In this document: in pieces, positions 40,179 to 50,312 of the stretch
Position numbering within the stretch: the stretch's first letter is position 1
Layout: each line of letters begins with the position of its first letter
Assembly (NCBI GenBank): GCA_965231045.1
Contig: OZ246406.1
Coordinates: 250,228 to 314,227, forward strand
Length of the DNA: 64,000 bases
Origin: an uncultured Candidatus Saccharibacteria bacterium
GTDB lineage: Bacteria > Patescibacteriota > Saccharimonadia > Saccharimonadales > JAGQNJ01
Reading direction: 5' to 3'
Position numbers and translations under genes: made by a program
The notes under the pieces: model-generated
The model's database searches: none
What the model was told of the DNA's origin: nothing
The model's input: only the letters and a program-made list of their open reading frames with translations

Positions 40179-40982
40179 CTATTTGGCTTTTTTTACAAGC
40201 ATCCAAACGCTAGGGCCAAAAAATGTCCTTCCTAACGGTGCCTGCATAACTTTCTCGGCTGCTAGCATTACGCTCTTGGGTACAACTTTTTTGAGGGTTG
40301 GTGAGCGAAGGTTAGAAACTGAAAGAATCTTCTCAGCTTTAAGACCGGCATGATTGAGCTGCTTCATAACAGTTTTAGGGTTATGATTCACGAATGCAAT
40401 CTCATCATCTCGCTTATTTTTCTTGCTCCGAATATCAACTGGATCAGCCGGAAGTCGTTTACCTCTAATGAAATGTTTAAAACGATTGCGGATATGATCG
40501 TAGTTAGCAATTTCCAAGATAAAAATACCGTCATCACTTAATGTGCGTGCGATTTCCTTAAACTCTGGGCTCGGGTCTGGCAAGTGATGCATAACTCTAA
40601 CCATCGTAATCAGATCAAGTTCTTTATCTTTAAAGTCAAGAGCGTCAGCTTGTGTAAGTTTACGGTCGATTTCTTTATGATCTTTTAGGAAATCTTTGGC
40701 AATGTCTAACTGTTGTTGGCTTGGCTCGGCCAAAGTGACTTTATCGGCATAATTTTCTAGAAATATACATAGTCGTCCATAACCACCGCCGATGTCCGCC
40801 GCATGTCGGAAATGCTTACCTTTTAGTAACTTCTTGATGGCAATTCTTTCGGCACCGTCTTCGTAATCACGACCTTCCCAGTAATGGAGATAGTTGTGTT
40901 TAGGATCGTTATATTGGTCGGCTTTTTTCTTGGAATTAGTAGTTTTTTGATTCATAACTTGAACAGTATACCACGTGGGCAA
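40179..40982 (-). CDS. class I SAM-dependent methyltransferase
   Basis: 267 aa. ADIGGGYGRL is motif I. DLITMVRVMHHL is the motif II/III region. Confidence 0.7.
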   Translation of the reverse strand: MPTWYTVQVMNQKTTNSKKKADQYNDPKHNYLHYWEGRDYEDGAERIAIKKLLKGKHFRHAADIGGGYGRLCIFLENYADKVTLAEPSQQQLDIAKDFLKDHKEIDRKLTQADALDFKDKELDLITMVRVMHHLPDPSPEFKEIARTLSDDGIFILEIANYDHIRNRFKHFIRGKRLPADPVDIRSKKNKRDDEIAFVNHNPKTVMKQLNHAGLKAEKILSVSNLRSPTLKKVVPKSVMLAAEKVMQAPLGRTFFGPSVWMLVKKAK

Positions 40983-40984
40983 TA

Positions 40985-42232
40985 TTAGTTAATTTCTATT
41001 ACTGCGAAGTTGTTTTTACCCCGCTTAATCAAACCGTTGTGGCCAACTAATCGATCATCGATTGTTAGTTGATATTTCTCGTCTACTTGTTGGCCATTAA
41101 TATAAACCGACTTTTGTTGCAAAAAGCGACGTGCCTCGCTGTTGGAGGCCGCTAAACCAGCCTCAACCAATGCTGTTATAAGTTCATGGGCAACTTTTGC
41201 CTTAACGCAGGGTAATTCAGCTTTTAAGATGGCAAAATCATCGGGCTTTAATGCTGTATAGTCACCCTTACCAAATAAAGTTTCGCTTACCCGTTTAACA
41301 GAATCAGCTTGTTTCTCACCATGAACTAGCTTGGTTACTTCATATGCCAATGTCTTTTGGGCGCTTCGGGATGCTTTATCCTTATTGAAGTCGGTCATAA
41401 GTTTTTCAACTTCTGGCTTTGTAAGTTCTGTATATATCTTTATGTAATCTTCTACACCATCATCATCAACGTTTAGCCAAAATTGGTAAAACTTAAATAC
41501 ACTAGTTTGCTCAGGATCAAGCCAAACTGCACCTTCTTCACTCTTGCCAAACTTTTTACCAGTAGCCTTATTAATAATGAGCGGGGCTGTCCAAATATGA
41601 GCTTCTTTCCCTGTTTTGCGACGTATTAAGTCAACACCTGCGATGCTATTTCCCCATTGATCAGCGCCACTTAACTGCAAAGATACATCATGTTTTTCAA
41701 ATAAATGCAGAAAGTCATAACCCTGAATTAATGAGTAGCTGAATTCAGCATAACTAATACCGGCACCGCCTTCACCAAGTCTGGACTGGACAAAATCACG
41801 AGCAATCATCTGACGCAGTGGTACATGCTTACCAATTTCTCGCAAGAATTCTAGGTATCCCATATCCTTAAACCAGTCATAGTTATCAACAACCTTAAAG
41901 TCTTCGCCCTTAAATATTTGTTTGTATTGCTGAACAATTGCTGCCTTATTTTTGGATATTTCTTCGGGAGTTTTTAGGTCTCTTTCTTGAGCTTTGCCAT
42001 CTGGGTCACCAATTAGCCCTGTTGCACCCCCAACCAATAAAACAGGCTTATAGCCATGTTTTATAAAAACCCTGACCATCATAGCAGCGGCTAGGTTTCC
42101 GACTTGCATAGATGATGCACTGGGGTCAACACCCCAATAAAATCTCAGCTTATTCTCATCTAACTGCGCTATTTTGGTAAATGTGGTCTGGTTTACAAAG
42201 CCACGCCAGGTAAGTTCTTCTGAAAGTTTCAT
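40985..42232 (-). CDS. tyrS: tyrosyl-tRNA synthetase
   Basis: 415 aa. A GVDPSASSMQVGN region at the HIGH position, the KMSKS equivalent KFGKS, and a C-terminal S4 domain. Confidence 0.9.
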   Translation of the reverse strand: MKLSEELTWRGFVNQTTFTKIAQLDENKLRFYWGVDPSASSMQVGNLAAAMMVRVFIKHGYKPVLLVGGATGLIGDPDGKAQERDLKTPEEISKNKAAIVQQYKQIFKGEDFKVVDNYDWFKDMGYLEFLREIGKHVPLRQMIARDFVQSRLGEGGAGISYAEFSYSLIQGYDFLHLFEKHDVSLQLSGADQWGNSIAGVDLIRRKTGKEAHIWTAPLIINKATGKKFGKSEEGAVWLDPEQTSVFKFYQFWLNVDDDGVEDYIKIYTELTKPEVEKLMTDFNKDKASRSAQKTLAYEVTKLVHGEKQADSVKRVSETLFGKGDYTALKPDDFAILKAELPCVKAKVAHELITALVEAGLAASNSEARRFLQQKSVYINGQQVDEKYQLTIDDRLVGHNGLIKRGKNNFAVIEIN

Positions 42233-42376
42233 ATATAGTTATGCATCCTGTTTTTATGATTCACCTCTGATTATACCGTAGGCATCTGATGAAGAACAAA
42301 TTATAAAAAAACTAGCTTTGTGCTACAGCTTATTTGATATAATATGGCGTAGGAAATGGAGTTATAGATTACACGC

Positions 42377-45346
42377 ATGAATACATCCAGGCGCCGTGGG
42401 CGCGTTAGCAAAAATCAGTTTACGACCAGGAGCGGAAACACTATAAAGATTCATCGAAGCATCTCCGATAAGTTACAGGCACGCAAAGATCAGCGTGTCC
42501 GAAGAAAAGCAGAACGCTTGCAAGGTTTACCAAAATCACCTGTTAAGCGATTCTTTTATCATTTTCAGCCAAAACGAATGTATCACTATTGGTTTAGTCG
42601 TGATGGTGGCATCATGGCTCTTAAAATTCTTGGCATCGGATTTATTGCCGGTTTCTTATTATTAGTTGGTTTATTTGCATATTTCCGAAAGGATCTTCCA
42701 AACCTTAAGGATATATCAGGCAACAATATTGGTGGGAGCATTAGATATTATGACCGTACAGGCCAGACATTGCTCTGGGAAGATTATGATGCTGTTAAAC
42801 GTATCCCTGTACATGAGAATGAAATTAACCAAAACATGAAGAATGCTACGATTGCTATTGAAGATAAAGACTTCTATAAGCATGGTGGTTTTGACGTACG
42901 CGGCATTGGTCGTGCAGCAGTAAACGATGCTTTAGGTAAAGGTGGTACTCAAGGTGGGTCAACAATAACCCAACAGCTCGTCAAGTTAACCCAGGACTGG
43001 TCTAAAGACCGGACTATTACGCGTAAAGTAAAAGAGTTGATTCTAGCCGTTGAACTTGAGAGAAGTTATTCCAAGAACGAAATATTAACTGGTTATCTTA
43101 ATACTGCACCTTACGGCGGTATTGAGTATGGTGTTGAATCAGCTTCGCGTGACTACTTCCAAAAGTCAGCCAAAGATTTAACATTAGCTGAAGCCAGTTT
43201 CTTAGCCGGGATCCCTAAGTCACCATCCTATTATTCACCGTACCAATCAGACTTTGCTGACAGCCAAGGTAAAGACGATCTAATTGCTCGTCAACACTAT
43301 ATTCTAGATCAAATGGTTGAGCAGAAAATGATCACCAAAGACCAGGCTGAAGAAGCCAAAAAAGTTGATGTAGTGGCCGAAGTAAAACCACCTCAACCTA
43401 AATTTAGTGGCATTAAATCTCCATGGTTTGTACTTGCAGCCAAGGAAGAACTTGAATCAAAGTTTGGAAGCCAAACTGTAAAGCGTGGTGGCTGGAGAGT
43501 AACAACTACAGTCGACCTGAACTTACAAAACATTGCTGAGGACCAAGTTAATAAGGGAATGCGTCAAGTTCGCGCACAAGGTGGTGACACGGCAGCTTTC
43601 GTGGCTGAAGACGTAAAAACTGGTCAGGTTGTAGCCCTTGTCGGAGGTTCTGACTTTAGCAATCCTACTTTTGGCCAAAACAACTATGCCGCTGACTATA
43701 AATTGCCGCCAGGCTCTAGTTTCAAACCATATGATTACACGGCTCTAATTGAACACAACAATAACTTTGGTGCTGGGTCTGTACTGTATGATACTGAGGG
43801 TCCGCTTCCTGGATATCCTTGTACTAATCACGCACACAAAACCGGTAACTGTTTGCAAGATTATGACTTCCGTACACCTGGACCTATGACTTTACGCTAT
43901 GCGCTTGGAGGTTCAAGAAACATTCCAGCAGTAAAGGCTATGCTTACCACTGGAATTGATAAGACCATTGAAACTGCCGATAAGCTAATGGGTAATAAAA
44001 ACGGCTATCAATGTTTTACTGACGAACAGCTGACCAAACCTGGTCCTTGTTATGCCTCCTCAGCTATTGGTGACGGTGCCTATCTGCACGTCACTGATCA
44101 TGTGAATGGCTATAGTACCTTGTCTCGAAACGGATTGCAGTATCCTCAAACCTTCATTCTTAAGATTGAAGATGCTGGCAATAAGAAAGTTGACGAATGG
44201 AAACAGCCTAAAGGTGATCAAGTGGTTCGCCCCGATTCAGCTTATATCGTAGCCGATATGATGAGTGATCCAAATGCTAGTTACTTCCCTGCTGGTCGTA
44301 AACCACATCGTTATAACAACGGTCAAGGCACATGGAAATTTGCCATGAAGACTGGTACGACCAACGACGGAAAAGACGGTTGGATGATGGGCTTCTCGAC
44401 TCAATATGCTGCAGGTGTTTGGGTTGGCTATCACAACCGCCAAAAAGTTATGAGTGGGACCATGGAAAACATGACTCAGCCAATTTGGCAGGGTTGGATG
44501 GACGCAGCACACAAGAATCTCAAACCAGAGGATAGAGTCAAGCCTAGTGGGGTTCAAACATTGCCAGCATACGTTGTGCGCTCGCATGTTGGTATAGGTT
44601 CGGTTGAGCCAAGTCCAGCGACAGACTTGTTCCCATCTTGGTATCAAAACAATAAGAAAGCTACCAACTCTAAGCGAACTATCGACAAAGTTTCTAACAA
44701 ACTCGCGACTGATTGTACTCCACCATTGGCACGACAAGATGTAACTGATGCTGCCGCAGATCAGTTCTCAGGCGACCAGTTTACAGGAGCAGGTGGAAGT
44801 AATGCTGACACGTCTTCACAAGATGACGTTCACAAGTGTGAAGATGTAAAACCTTCGATCAGTCTAAGCGCTTCACCAAACGGTGATGGTAGTTATGAAC
44901 TTAGCGCTACAGTAAATCAAGGAACCCACCCACTATCTAGTGACAAATTTAAGGGCACCGTAATATTTACTGTTAATGGGCAGCAATTAGCTGGTGGATC
45001 CTTCGGAATCGACAGCCCCGGTACAGTTACATATCATAACTACCGACCTGACGGAGACGTCACTGTTAACGCCCAAGTAATTGATAGCGTTCTATACGAT
45101 GCAACAAGTAGCGCGTCAGTTGCTGCAAGCGGCTCTGCTTCCACTCCACTAGGAAACTTACAACGAAGTGGTGGCGTTTACACATGGACAGGAGGTGTTG
45201 GCACTGTAACAGTCTTTAAGGGAACTTCTGGTAGTGGTTTCGAGCTTTGTCATGCACCGGCTACAACAACAAACTGTTCAGGGATACCACCAGGTGGTTC
45301 GTATTCTGCTCGTGACAGCAACGGCACTGTTGCTGTTGGCTCCTAA
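42377..45346 (+). CDS. class A penicillin-binding protein (glycosyltransferase + transpeptidase) with a ~250-aa Ser/Thr/Gly-rich C-terminal extension
   Basis: 989 aa. N-terminal TM, GT51 motifs EDKDFYKHGGFD and RKVKELILAVELE, then transpeptidase motifs SSFKP and KTGT. Confidence 0.9.
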   Translation: MNTSRRRGRVSKNQFTTRSGNTIKIHRSISDKLQARKDQRVRRKAERLQGLPKSPVKRFFYHFQPKRMYHYWFSRDGGIMALKILGIGFIAGFLLLVGLFAYFRKDLPNLKDISGNNIGGSIRYYDRTGQTLLWEDYDAVKRIPVHENEINQNMKNATIAIEDKDFYKHGGFDVRGIGRAAVNDALGKGGTQGGSTITQQLVKLTQDWSKDRTITRKVKELILAVELERSYSKNEILTGYLNTAPYGGIEYGVESASRDYFQKSAKDLTLAEASFLAGIPKSPSYYSPYQSDFADSQGKDDLIARQHYILDQMVEQKMITKDQAEEAKKVDVVAEVKPPQPKFSGIKSPWFVLAAKEELESKFGSQTVKRGGWRVTTTVDLNLQNIAEDQVNKGMRQVRAQGGDTAAFVAEDVKTGQVVALVGGSDFSNPTFGQNNYAADYKLPPGSSFKPYDYTALIEHNNNFGAGSVLYDTEGPLPGYPCTNHAHKTGNCLQDYDFRTPGPMTLRYALGGSRNIPAVKAMLTTGIDKTIETADKLMGNKNGYQCFTDEQLTKPGPCYASSAIGDGAYLHVTDHVNGYSTLSRNGLQYPQTFILKIEDAGNKKVDEWKQPKGDQVVRPDSAYIVADMMSDPNASYFPAGRKPHRYNNGQGTWKFAMKTGTTNDGKDGWMMGFSTQYAAGVWVGYHNRQKVMSGTMENMTQPIWQGWMDAAHKNLKPEDRVKPSGVQTLPAYVVRSHVGIGSVEPSPATDLFPSWYQNNKKATNSKRTIDKVSNKLATDCTPPLARQDVTDAAADQFSGDQFTGAGGSNADTSSQDDVHKCEDVKPSISLSASPNGDGSYELSATVNQGTHPLSSDKFKGTVIFTVNGQQLAGGSFGIDSPGTVTYHNYRPDGDVTVNAQVIDSVLYDATSSASVAASGSASTPLGNLQRSGGVYTWTGGVGTVTVFKGTSGSGFELCHAPATTTNCSGIPPGGSYSARDSNGTVAVGS

Positions 45347-45350
45347 TAAT

Positions 45351-46688
45351 TTAGATCTCTAGAAAAGTATTGAGAGCAGTTCGAACGTTTGCTACCCCAT
45401 GAAGTAAGGCTGGTTTTTTACCAGTCTTTACGACTGGACCAATCGCAGTATCGAAACCAAGTTTTTTGGCTTCGGCGATGCGTTTTTCGATAAACGGTAC
45501 GTGACGAACTTCACCAGATAGCCCAATTTCCCCAAAAACCACAGCATTTTGCTTAAGTTGCATCCCCTTGCTGGCCGAGGCGATGGCCATACAAACTGCC
45601 AGATCAGCGGCCGGCTCTGTCACCCGAATACCACCAACCATATTTATGTAGACATCTTTATCGAACAAATCAAGCTTGGTGCGCCGTTCTAACATAGCAA
45701 TGAGTAGATTTACCCGATTGAGGTCAATACCACTTGCGGCACGCTTAGGATAGCCATACGAAGTCTTATTCACTAAGGCTTGGACTTCGACAAGCACCGG
45801 CCTTGTACCTTCCATAGTAGCTAGCACAATTGAACCGTCGGTTACTTGCCGTTCAGCCAACAATGCTTTCGATGGATTATCAACTGACTGCAACCCATCA
45901 TCAACCATTTCAAAGATGGCTACCTCATTAGTTGAGCCAAAACGATTCTTGACGCTTCTTAGGACTTTAAAGCCACCATATCGGTCACCTTCGAGCTGCA
46001 AAACAACATCAACTATATGTTCTAAGATTTTTGGCCCGGCTATGGCGCCTTCTTTGGTGACGTGACCGACCAATACGACCGCTGTGTTCGACTTTTTGGC
46101 TACTGACATCAACATATGAGTGCTACTCGTTATTTGGCTAGCTGTACCAGCCGCACTTTTTAATTGCGCACAAGTAATAGTTTGGATTGAGTCAACAATC
46201 ACCAGATCATACCTGCCCTCACTTATGCTTTGGGCAATATCATCAGCAAACGAAGCCGTGGCTATTTCGAGTTTAGCATTATTAGCCTTAAGTCTTTTGG
46301 CTCTTAGCCCAACCTGGTGTGCCGATTCTTCACCGCTGACATAAAGTACTCTGTGATTCTTGGCAACAGCATTGCTGATCTGCAACAGTAAGGTACTCTT
46401 ACCAATACCTGGTTCCCCGGCAATTAGTATTACACTGCCCGGGACAATTCCTCCGCCAAACACGACATCAGACTCACCTATTGCCACATTTAGGCGCTTA
46501 GAGTCATTTTTGGCCGCTACAGTTACTTTTTGAGTTACAAGTGCTTTACCATTCGAGGTTTGGGCCTGGTCGTCATTGAGTTGCTCCTCAAGGGTATTCC
46601 ATTCGCCACACACATGGCACTTACCTGCCCATGTGCTGCTTTCTGCGCCACAGTTATTACATACATATCGCATTGCACCTTTTGCCAT
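45351..46688 (-). CDS. radA: DNA repair protein RadA/Sms
   Basis: 445 aa. N-terminal zinc finger CNNCGAE...CHVCGEW, Walker A GEPGIGKST, KNRFG motif, Lon-like C-terminal domain. Confidence 0.95.
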   Translation of the reverse strand: MAKGAMRYVCNNCGAESSTWAGKCHVCGEWNTLEEQLNDDQAQTSNGKALVTQKVTVAAKNDSKRLNVAIGESDVVFGGGIVPGSVILIAGEPGIGKSTLLLQISNAVAKNHRVLYVSGEESAHQVGLRAKRLKANNAKLEIATASFADDIAQSISEGRYDLVIVDSIQTITCAQLKSAAGTASQITSSTHMLMSVAKKSNTAVVLVGHVTKEGAIAGPKILEHIVDVVLQLEGDRYGGFKVLRSVKNRFGSTNEVAIFEMVDDGLQSVDNPSKALLAERQVTDGSIVLATMEGTRPVLVEVQALVNKTSYGYPKRAASGIDLNRVNLLIAMLERRTKLDLFDKDVYINMVGGIRVTEPAADLAVCMAIASASKGMQLKQNAVVFGEIGLSGEVRHVPFIEKRIAEAKKLGFDTAIGPVVKTGKKPALLHGVANVRTALNTFLEI

Positions 46689-46712
46689 CGTCTTAATAGT
46701 CTAGCAGACTCT

Positions 46713-47702
46713 CTACTGGGTCGAAATGTTCTTAGGTCTAGAATCTATGGCTTTTGCCAGATCATTCACTTCCAGAGCTAATTCATTACGTTTTTTGACA
46801 ATATCGTTATACTCAGCAATAAGCGCTGTAGTAGACTTCGCCAAACTGTTATAGGAGGCAACTTTAGCATTAAATGAGTTCACACCAGCGTTATATTCAG
46901 AGTAGTTTTTGTTAGCTAAAAGCTGGTTTAACTGGGCTCTTTCTGACTGGAGTTCTGATTCTTGTTGACTTAATTTCGCCTGGTTTTGATCAATCTGTGT
47001 TTTCATTGCACTTAGTTGTTGATCATATGTTTTGACTTGGTTTTGGCGAGAGTTAAATTCGCTCTCATACTTGTCTGAGTAATCAACAATCTTCGAACGA
47101 TTAGCAAAATACTTACTATAATGGGCTTCTAATTCTGGAGTTAAATTTCGAACTTCACTACCGAGTATTGAGTGTAATTCATTAGGTACAACACTAGGAT
47201 CGGCTTTTCGATATTGCTCCACCGTATCACGTATACGCTGATCTGTTACCTTCGAAAAAGCTTCAGCCGTCATGGCATCGACTTTCTTTTTATCAGCCGA
47301 CGAAAGTCGATCGTATTCAGCGTGAAGTAGTTCGTGAGCGGCTGTGACTTCCTTTATGCCGTCAAGCCGTGGATCAGTGACATTATAAAGATATATACCG
47401 CGACCATTAACGTAGCACCCTAGAACAATGGTATGTTCTGCCTGAGTACAGTTATTTACAAATTGTTCACTACTCTCAATGGACGGATGATTAGCGTAGA
47501 AAACATTAGTGGTAGCACTATTCATAGTCGTGTTTGTTGCCAGTGCTTGAATCTCAGCAGGAGGCGTATAACCTCTTAATCGCCACCAATCGTATATTTC
47601 AAAACGATTAACCCAAAATAAAACAGGTAGCGCCAGCAGTATTAGAAAAAATAATAGCTTTAGTAGCGAGCGAAAATTAGATGATTGTGGTTTTGGGGGC
47701 AT
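46713..47702 (-). CDS. hypothetical membrane-anchored protein with an HExxH motif and a Gln/Asn-rich coiled-coil C-terminus
   Basis: 329 aa. N-terminal signal-anchor LLKLLFFLILLALPVLFWV. AAHELLHAEYD is a putative zinc-metallopeptidase motif. The C-terminal ~150 aa are heptad-like and Q/N/E-rich. Confidence 0.45.
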   Translation of the reverse strand: MPPKPQSSNFRSLLKLLFFLILLALPVLFWVNRFEIYDWWRLRGYTPPAEIQALATNTTMNSATTNVFYANHPSIESSEQFVNNCTQAEHTIVLGCYVNGRGIYLYNVTDPRLDGIKEVTAAHELLHAEYDRLSSADKKKVDAMTAEAFSKVTDQRIRDTVEQYRKADPSVVPNELHSILGSEVRNLTPELEAHYSKYFANRSKIVDYSDKYESEFNSRQNQVKTYDQQLSAMKTQIDQNQAKLSQQESELQSERAQLNQLLANKNYSEYNAGVNSFNAKVASYNSLAKSTTALIAEYNDIVKKRNELALEVNDLAKAIDSRPKNISTQ

Positions 47703-47732
47703 TAGCTATATTATAACGCCAAAAAACTTAGA

Positions 47733-50207
47733 TTATTCTGAAATAATACTGTAGTTCAGGTCTTTGTTCTTGGTTCCAACTTCTATAATATCGCCCTTAT
47801 TGTAATGCTCGTGGAGCAATTCTGAAGCTATGTAATCCTCAATTGTATCTTGAATCAAACGACGCATTGGTCGAACACCATTTTGAGCATCATAACCGTG
47901 TTCAAGTAGATAGTTCTTTGCCGAAGCATTAAGTTTAAGGCCAAGCCCGTGCTTGACTAATCTCTCGCGTAAATCATTAATCTGTATCTCAAGGATTCGT
48001 GAAATATCATGTTTAGTGAGCGCTCGAAAGACAATGACTTTATCAATTCTATTGAGTAGCTCGGGACGTAGCATCTTCTTAAGCTCTTGTTGGACCTTAT
48101 CTTTATTGGCTTCATGGAGCTTATCAAGATCCTTAAGATCTGATTCATCATTAGCTGAGAAGCCAAGGTCAACTTCTTTTTGAAGCTTATCAGCACCGAG
48201 ATTACTGGTCATTATGACTATCGTATTCGTGAAGTCAATCTTGCGACCTTTGGCGTCGGTAAGCCGACCGTCTTCTAGAATCTGCAATAGCATATTGAAA
48301 ACTTCAGGGTGAGCTTTTTCGATTTCATCAAATAACACCAAGCTGTATGGCTGTCGCCTAATCTTATCTGTTAGCTGACCACCCTCGTCATAACCAACAT
48401 AGCCAGCTGGCGCACCAACAAGTCTAGAAACAGTATGCTTCTCAGCAAACTCACTCATATCGATTTTAATCATAGCTTCTTCGCTGCCGAAGAATTCTCG
48501 GGCAAGAACACGTGCGAGCTCAGTTTTACCAACGCCAGTTGGTCCCAAGAAGATGAATGAACCTATAGGTCGTCGACCATCACTTATCCCAGAACGATTA
48601 CGTCTGACTGCTTTGGACACTACATCCAAGGCTTCCTGTTGGCCAATAATGTGTTTCCCTAGTGTTTTTTCAAGATTTAACAAATACTTGGCTTCTGATC
48701 GAATAACTTTTCTCACAGGTACACCGGTCATCCTGGCCACTACTTCAGCGATATCTTCACTCGTCATGACGATTCTTTTGGTAGCCTTCTCATGGGCCTG
48801 CAACTTCTTAAGTTCCTCATAAATCTGACTAGCGCGCGTCTTGTATTGGGCGGCCTTCTCATAATCTTCAGCATCAACGGCGTCTTCAATTCGAGTATTA
48901 ACCAGTTTCAATTCCTTCTGAAGTTTGCGTACTTCAGGTGGTGTACGACCTTTATCAATTCGAAGGTGCGCAGCAGTTTCATCCAATAGATCAATCGCTT
49001 TATCTGGCATATAACGGTCATTAATATACCGTTTGGCTAGCCCTACAGTATCCTCAAGAACTTCATCACTAATTTTTACTCCGTGGAACTTTTCATAATG
49101 CTTTTTCAAGCCTTTTAGAATAGATAAGGTTTCGGCTGGGGTTGTTTCAGGTACTTGTACAGGCTGGAAACGTCGTTCTAGAGCGGCGTCTTTTTCAATA
49201 TGTTTACTGTATTCGGCAGTCGTTGTCGCGCCTATGACCTGAATTTTTCCGCGAGCTAAAGCTGGCTTTAGAATATTGCCAGCATCCATAGCTCCTTCTG
49301 CAGCTCCGGCACCAACAATCAAATGCAACTCATCAATAAAAATTATAGTCTTGCTATCATTTTCTAATTCGCTCATGACTTTTTTAAGTCGTTCTTCAAA
49401 TTCTCCCCTATACTTCGTTCCAGCAATCATACCTGCTAGGTCTAGTAGTACTATTCGCTTATCAATTAAGCTATCTGGAACATCCTCATTCACAATTCGC
49501 TGAGCTAACCCCTCGACAATCGCAGTCTTACCCACACCTGGCTCCCCAATCAGCACAGCGTTGTTCTTGGTTCGACGGTTAAGAATCGTTACGACTCGAC
49601 GTATTTGTGCCTCACGTCCAACAACCGGGTCAAGCTTACCTGAGCGGGCTTGGGCAGTTAAATCTGTACCAAAGAAATCCAATGCCGTTTTACGTCCCTT
49701 TTTAGTTCGACGTCGGGCGGTACCTTGCCCATCCTCCTCATATTGTTGACGATTCAGAAACTGCTCTAATTCACTGACAAGTGAATCTACGTCAATACTC
49801 ATATCTTTTAGGAGTAATGTTGCTCGGGCGTTTTTTTGACTCAAAATACTGTATAGAATGTGTTCGGTACCACAATGCTCTTGATTGAAATCTTGAGCAA
49901 TGTCATAGGCCATCTTGAGAGTTAGTTTAGCTGTTTCACTCAAACCCTTGGCGCCCATATTCATAACCATAGTTTTTGGTGTCAGATTTAGCGCCACTCG
50001 CGCACGATCTAGTGTAACACCGACATTTTCAAGCACCTTGGCTCCCATAGAACTTTCTTGGGCCAAAACTCCTAATAACAAATGTTCTGTACCAATGTAG
50101 GCACTGCCGAAACTTCTCGCAATAGCATCGGCATGCTTAAGGCTCTGCAGCGCATTGTCAGTAAGGTGCTGCAAAAAATCTTGAAAGTCTGGTGATTGTG
50201 GCATCAT
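47733..50207 (-). CDS. clpC: Clp ATPase ClpC (AAA+ with double Clp_N repeat, UVR-like middle domain and a ClpP-docking LGF loop)
   Basis: 824 aa. Two AAA modules ([16 protein letters not shown]), UVR-like [19 protein letters not shown], and VDLGFSAN matching an (I/L)GF ClpP-binding loop. Confidence 0.9.
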   Translation of the reverse strand: MMPQSPDFQDFLQHLTDNALQSLKHADAIARSFGSAYIGTEHLLLGVLAQESSMGAKVLENVGVTLDRARVALNLTPKTMVMNMGAKGLSETAKLTLKMAYDIAQDFNQEHCGTEHILYSILSQKNARATLLLKDMSIDVDSLVSELEQFLNRQQYEEDGQGTARRRTKKGRKTALDFFGTDLTAQARSGKLDPVVGREAQIRRVVTILNRRTKNNAVLIGEPGVGKTAIVEGLAQRIVNEDVPDSLIDKRIVLLDLAGMIAGTKYRGEFEERLKKVMSELENDSKTIIFIDELHLIVGAGAAEGAMDAGNILKPALARGKIQVIGATTTAEYSKHIEKDAALERRFQPVQVPETTPAETLSILKGLKKHYEKFHGVKISDEVLEDTVGLAKRYINDRYMPDKAIDLLDETAAHLRIDKGRTPPEVRKLQKELKLVNTRIEDAVDAEDYEKAAQYKTRASQIYEELKKLQAHEKATKRIVMTSEDIAEVVARMTGVPVRKVIRSEAKYLLNLEKTLGKHIIGQQEALDVVSKAVRRNRSGISDGRRPIGSFIFLGPTGVGKTELARVLAREFFGSEEAMIKIDMSEFAEKHTVSRLVGAPAGYVGYDEGGQLTDKIRRQPYSLVLFDEIEKAHPEVFNMLLQILEDGRLTDAKGRKIDFTNTIVIMTSNLGADKLQKEVDLGFSANDESDLKDLDKLHEANKDKVQQELKKMLRPELLNRIDKVIVFRALTKHDISRILEIQINDLRERLVKHGLGLKLNASAKNYLLEHGYDAQNGVRPMRRLIQDTIEDYIASELLHEHYNKGDIIEVGTKNKDLNYSIISE

Positions 50208-50272
50208 ATACTTATTTTACCCCTATCCCGCGATTTTTCTTAGTATCGCTAATAGATAATATAAGTCATGAA

Positions 50273-50299
50273 TTAGCACTCGTCAACCCAGAGTGCTAA
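50273..50299. promoter_or_regulatory. CIRCE operator (HrcA binding site) ~66-92 nt upstream of the clpC start
   Basis: Exact consensus halves TTAGCACTC-N9-GAGTGCTAA: TTAGCACTCGTCAACCCAGAGTGCTAA. It differs from the clpP copy only within the spacer. Confidence 0.85.
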
Positions 50300-50312
50300 T
50301 TTACATCGTCAG

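Noticed and set aside
42233-42376. Possible T-box leader for tyrS
   Set aside because: The divergent spacer is only 144 nt and is shared with the PBP gene. That is too short for a T-box, and no specifier or T-box sequence is visible.
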